A program made the translations under genes and the position numbers. A stretch of 64,000 bases of DNA from Rhodosalinus sp. (GTDB lineage Bacteria; Pseudomonadota; Alphaproteobacteria; Rhodobacterales; Rhodobacteraceae), in NCBI RefSeq assembly GCF_046542825.1, contig NZ_JBKHAQ010000002.1, forward strand, positions 5,407 through 69,406, read 5' to 3'. The notes under the pieces are model-generated. The model was given only the letters and a program-made list of their open reading frames with translations. It was not told the origin of the DNA and ran no database searches. Shown in pieces: positions 61,507 through 64,000 of the stretch (positions are counted from its first letter, which is position 1; every line of letters begins with the position of its first letter).

Positions 61507-62426
61507 TGGGATGGTGGCTCGTCCTTCTGCTGGCGCTGGCCGCGCCCTTCGCGCGGGAGCGGCTGCGCCCGGGCCTCGACGACCGCGCCCGACGCGGCGC
61601 GCCGGGTCAGTTCGCCCCGCTGCCGGAGGGCACCACGCATTACCGCTGGCTGGGCGCGGCGCGCGGGCCGGTCGCGGTCTGCATCCATGGCCTGTCCACC
61701 CCCTCCTTCGTCTGGGAGGGGCTGGCGCCGCGGCTGGGCGCGCTGGGCTTCCGCGTGCTGATCTACGATCTTTACGGGCGCGGGTATTCCAACCGGCCGG
61801 CAGGGCGCCAGAACGCGGATTTCTTCGTCGAACAGCTTGAGGCGCTGCTCGAGGATCAGCAGATCGAGGGGGACGTGTCGCTCTTCGGCTACTCCATGGG
61901 GGGCGCCATCGCCACGGCCTATGCCGCCCGCCACCCGGAGGTGCGCCACCTTATCCTGCTGGCGCCCGCGGGGATGCAGGTCAGCCTCGGCAGGCCCGCG
62001 CGCGCGGTGCGCGACCTTCCCGTCCTGGGCGACTGGGCCTTCCACCTCGCCTGGCCCCGGATCCTGCGGCAGGGCATCGAGGCCGAGCGCGAGCTGCCCT
62101 CCAGCGTGCCGGACATCCACGACCGCCAGCTTGCCGAACTGGGGCGCCGCGGATACCTGCCTGCCGTGATCTCCAGCCTGCGCGGCATCCTCTCCCGCCC
62201 GCTGGAGGACGAGCATCGCCGCGTGGCGGCGACCGGCCTTCCCGTGCTTGCGCTCTGGGGCGAACGGGACGAGATCATGCCGCAGTCCAGCCTCGGCCGG
62301 CTCGCGGAATGGAACCGCGATGCCGTGCAGGAGGTAATCTCGGGCGCGGGGCACGGCCTGCCCTATACCCACACGGAGGCTGTCGCCGAAGAGATCGCCC
62401 GTTTCGTGGCCGAGCGCCCGCACTGA
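61506..62426 (+). CDS. Alpha/beta hydrolase with N-terminal membrane anchor
   Basis: IHGLS, DLYGRGYS, GYSMGG nucleophile elbow, GHG. Confidence 0.9.
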   Translation: MGWWLVLLLALAAPFARERLRPGLDDRARRGAPGQFAPLPEGTTHYRWLGAARGPVAVCIHGLSTPSFVWEGLAPRLGALGFRVLIYDLYGRGYSNRPAGRQNADFFVEQLEALLEDQQIEGDVSLFGYSMGGAIATAYAARHPEVRHLILLAPAGMQVSLGRPARAVRDLPVLGDWAFHLAWPRILRQGIEAERELPSSVPDIHDRQLAELGRRGYLPAVISSLRGILSRPLEDEHRRVAATGLPVLALWGERDEIMPQSSLGRLAEWNRDAVQEVISGAGHGLPYTHTEAVAEEIARFVAERPH

Positions 62427-62487
62427 GCCGGCGCGGATCGCCCCTTCGCCCTCGGCGTGGCGCGCAAATCGCGCCTTTGCCCGGGGT

Positions 62488-62552
62488 CCTTCTTCCTGGA
62501 GTGAAATACTCCGGGGGAGGCGGCCGCAGGCCAACGGGGGCAGCGCCCCCTT
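62488..62552 (-). repeat. GC-hairpin intergenic repeat, family B copy 3
   Basis: Minus strand: GGGGGCGCTGCCCCC / GGCCTGCGGCC / CCCCCGGAGTATTT-N6-AGGAAGAAGG. Confidence 0.85.
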
Positions 62553-62571
62553 GCGACGCCGCAGCAGGCGC

Positions 62572-63558
62572 TCAGACCGGCCAGCGCGCCAGCGTTGCCG
62601 CCAGCGCCGCGCGCGCCTGCGCGTAGTCCCGCGCCAGTTCGTCGACCAGGGCCGCGGCGGGCCGCACCGCGCGCACCGCGCCGATGCCCTGGCCCGCGCC
62701 CCAGACCTCTTTCCAGGCCTTGGGCTTGGCGCTGCCGGCACCGAAATCCATCTGCGTGGCGTCCGCGGGCAGCGCATCGGGGTCCATCCCGGCGCGCGCG
62801 ATCGAGGGGCGCAGGTAGTTGCCCGACACGCCCGTGAAGAGCGCCGAGGTCACGATGTCCTCTGCCCCGCTTTCCACGATCATCCGCTTGTAGGGCTCGG
62901 GCGCCGCGGCTTCCTCGGTCGCGATGAAGGGGGAGCCGATGTAGCCAAGGTCCGCGCCCGCCGCCTGCGCCGCCAGCAGCGCGCGGCCCGTCGAGATCGC
63001 GCCCGACAGAAGCAGCGGGCCGTCGAACCACGCCCGGATTTCCGACACCAGCGCAAAGGGCGACTGCGCGCCCGCGTGCCCGCCCGCGCCGGCGGCGACC
63101 GCGATCAGCCCGTCGGCGCCCTTGGCGATGGCCTTGCGCGCGAAGGTGTCGGTGGTCACGTCGTGCAGCACCAGGGCACCGCTCGCGCGCGCCGCCTCGA
63201 AGACCTCTGGCCGCGCGCCCAGCGAGGTGATCCAGATCGGCACGCGCCAGCGGCAGAGGATCTCCACGTCGCGCTCCAGCCGCGCGTTCGAGCGGTGCAC
63301 GATCAGGTTGACCGCATAGGGCGCAGCGGGCCGGTCCGGGTGGTCGCGGTCGTGCGCGGCCAGCGCCTGCGTGATCCGCTCCAGCCAATGCTCCAGCTCC
63401 ACCGGCGCGCCCTCTGCCTCGCGCGCATTGAGCGCCGGAAAGCTGCCGACGATGCCAGCGGTGCATTGCGTGATCACAAGCTCCGGCGAGGAGACAAGGA
63501 ACATCGGCGCGCCCACCACCGGCAGGCGCAGCCGGTCGAAGATCCCCGGCAGCGTCAT
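62572..63558 (-). CDS. Nitronate monooxygenase / FabK-like flavin oxidoreductase
   Basis: PVVGAPMF, GAGGHAG, GYIGSPFIATEE, WGAGQG. Confidence 0.9.
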   Translation of the reverse strand: MTLPGIFDRLRLPVVGAPMFLVSSPELVITQCTAGIVGSFPALNAREAEGAPVELEHWLERITQALAAHDRDHPDRPAAPYAVNLIVHRSNARLERDVEILCRWRVPIWITSLGARPEVFEAARASGALVLHDVTTDTFARKAIAKGADGLIAVAAGAGGHAGAQSPFALVSEIRAWFDGPLLLSGAISTGRALLAAQAAGADLGYIGSPFIATEEAAAPEPYKRMIVESGAEDIVTSALFTGVSGNYLRPSIARAGMDPDALPADATQMDFGAGSAKPKAWKEVWGAGQGIGAVRAVRPAAALVDELARDYAQARAALAATLARWPV

Positions 63559-64000
63559 CCGCCGAACTCCGGCCTGCGCTTTTCGAGGAAGGCGGCCAGC
63601 CCCTCGCGCGCCTCCGGTCCGAAGCGGGCGGTGTTGATGCCCTCGGCCTCCAGATCGAGTTGCGCGGCAAGGTCGTTGCGCCCCGCCGCCGCGATCTCGG
63701 CCTTGATCCGCGCCATCGCGCCACGTGGCCCCTCGGCCAGCCGCGCGGCCAGCGTCACGGCCTCGTCGAGCGCATCGCCCGGCGCGGCCAGCAGGTTCAC
63801 GACCCCCGCCTCTGCCAGGCGCTCGGCCAGGATCGGGCGGCCCAGCAGGCAAAGCTCGGTGACAAGCTGTCGGGGCAGCGCGGCAGACAGGAAATGCGTG
63901 ACGCCGCCGTCCGGCGTGAGCCCGATCTTGACGTAAGCCACGGTGAACTTCGCCCCCGCCGCCGCCACCACCATGTCGCAGGCCAGCATCAGCGACAGGC
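63555..64000 (-). CDS. Enoyl-CoA hydratase/isomerase (crotonase) family, 5' end outside window
   Basis: LACDMVVA, YVKIGLTPDGG, EAREGLAAFLEKRRPEF. Confidence 0.88.
   Translation of the reverse strand, partial: LSLMLACDMVVAAAGAKFTVAYVKIGLTPDGGVTHFLSAALPRQLVTELCLLGRPILAERLAEAGVVNLLAAPGDALDEAVTLAARLAEGPRGAMARIKAEIAAAGRNDLAAQLDLEAEGINTARFGPEAREGLAAFLEKRRPEFGG

Overview
High-GC (roughly 70% by eye) chromosomal backbone of an alphaproteobacterium. Gene content and order point to Rhodobacteraceae/Roseobacteraceae. About 66 CDS are supported, mostly housekeeping genes (galU, galE, lptCAB, hpf, ptsN, rnd, gpmI, envC, ctpA, rppH, rbfA, dapB, dapA, purH, lspA, map, sfsA, fadH, fghA). I see no rRNA, intact tRNA, CRISPR array, transposase, integrase or phage genes. 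Points worth a second look: (1) a candidate sulfated cell-surface glycan locus (KpsM-like permease, cysQ, galU, galE, two GT2 paralogues, GT14 fusion, two-domain sulfotransferase) next to lptCAB, where both Kdo genes I recall at these positions in relatives (kdsB, kdsD) are absent; (2) two families of small intergenic palindromic repeats, with 5 and 3 copies; (3) a stand-alone dnaE2 that has a LexA box and stops before the usual C-terminal OB-fold; (4) a SqrR-type ATTC-N8-GAAT box upstream of a SulP transporter; (5) an iodotyrosine-deiodinase-like flavoprotein; (6) a partial EPS cluster with a decayed acetyltransferase. Protein calls come from motif recognition by eye and no database search was run. 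None of these can be confirmed as a new system from this window alone.
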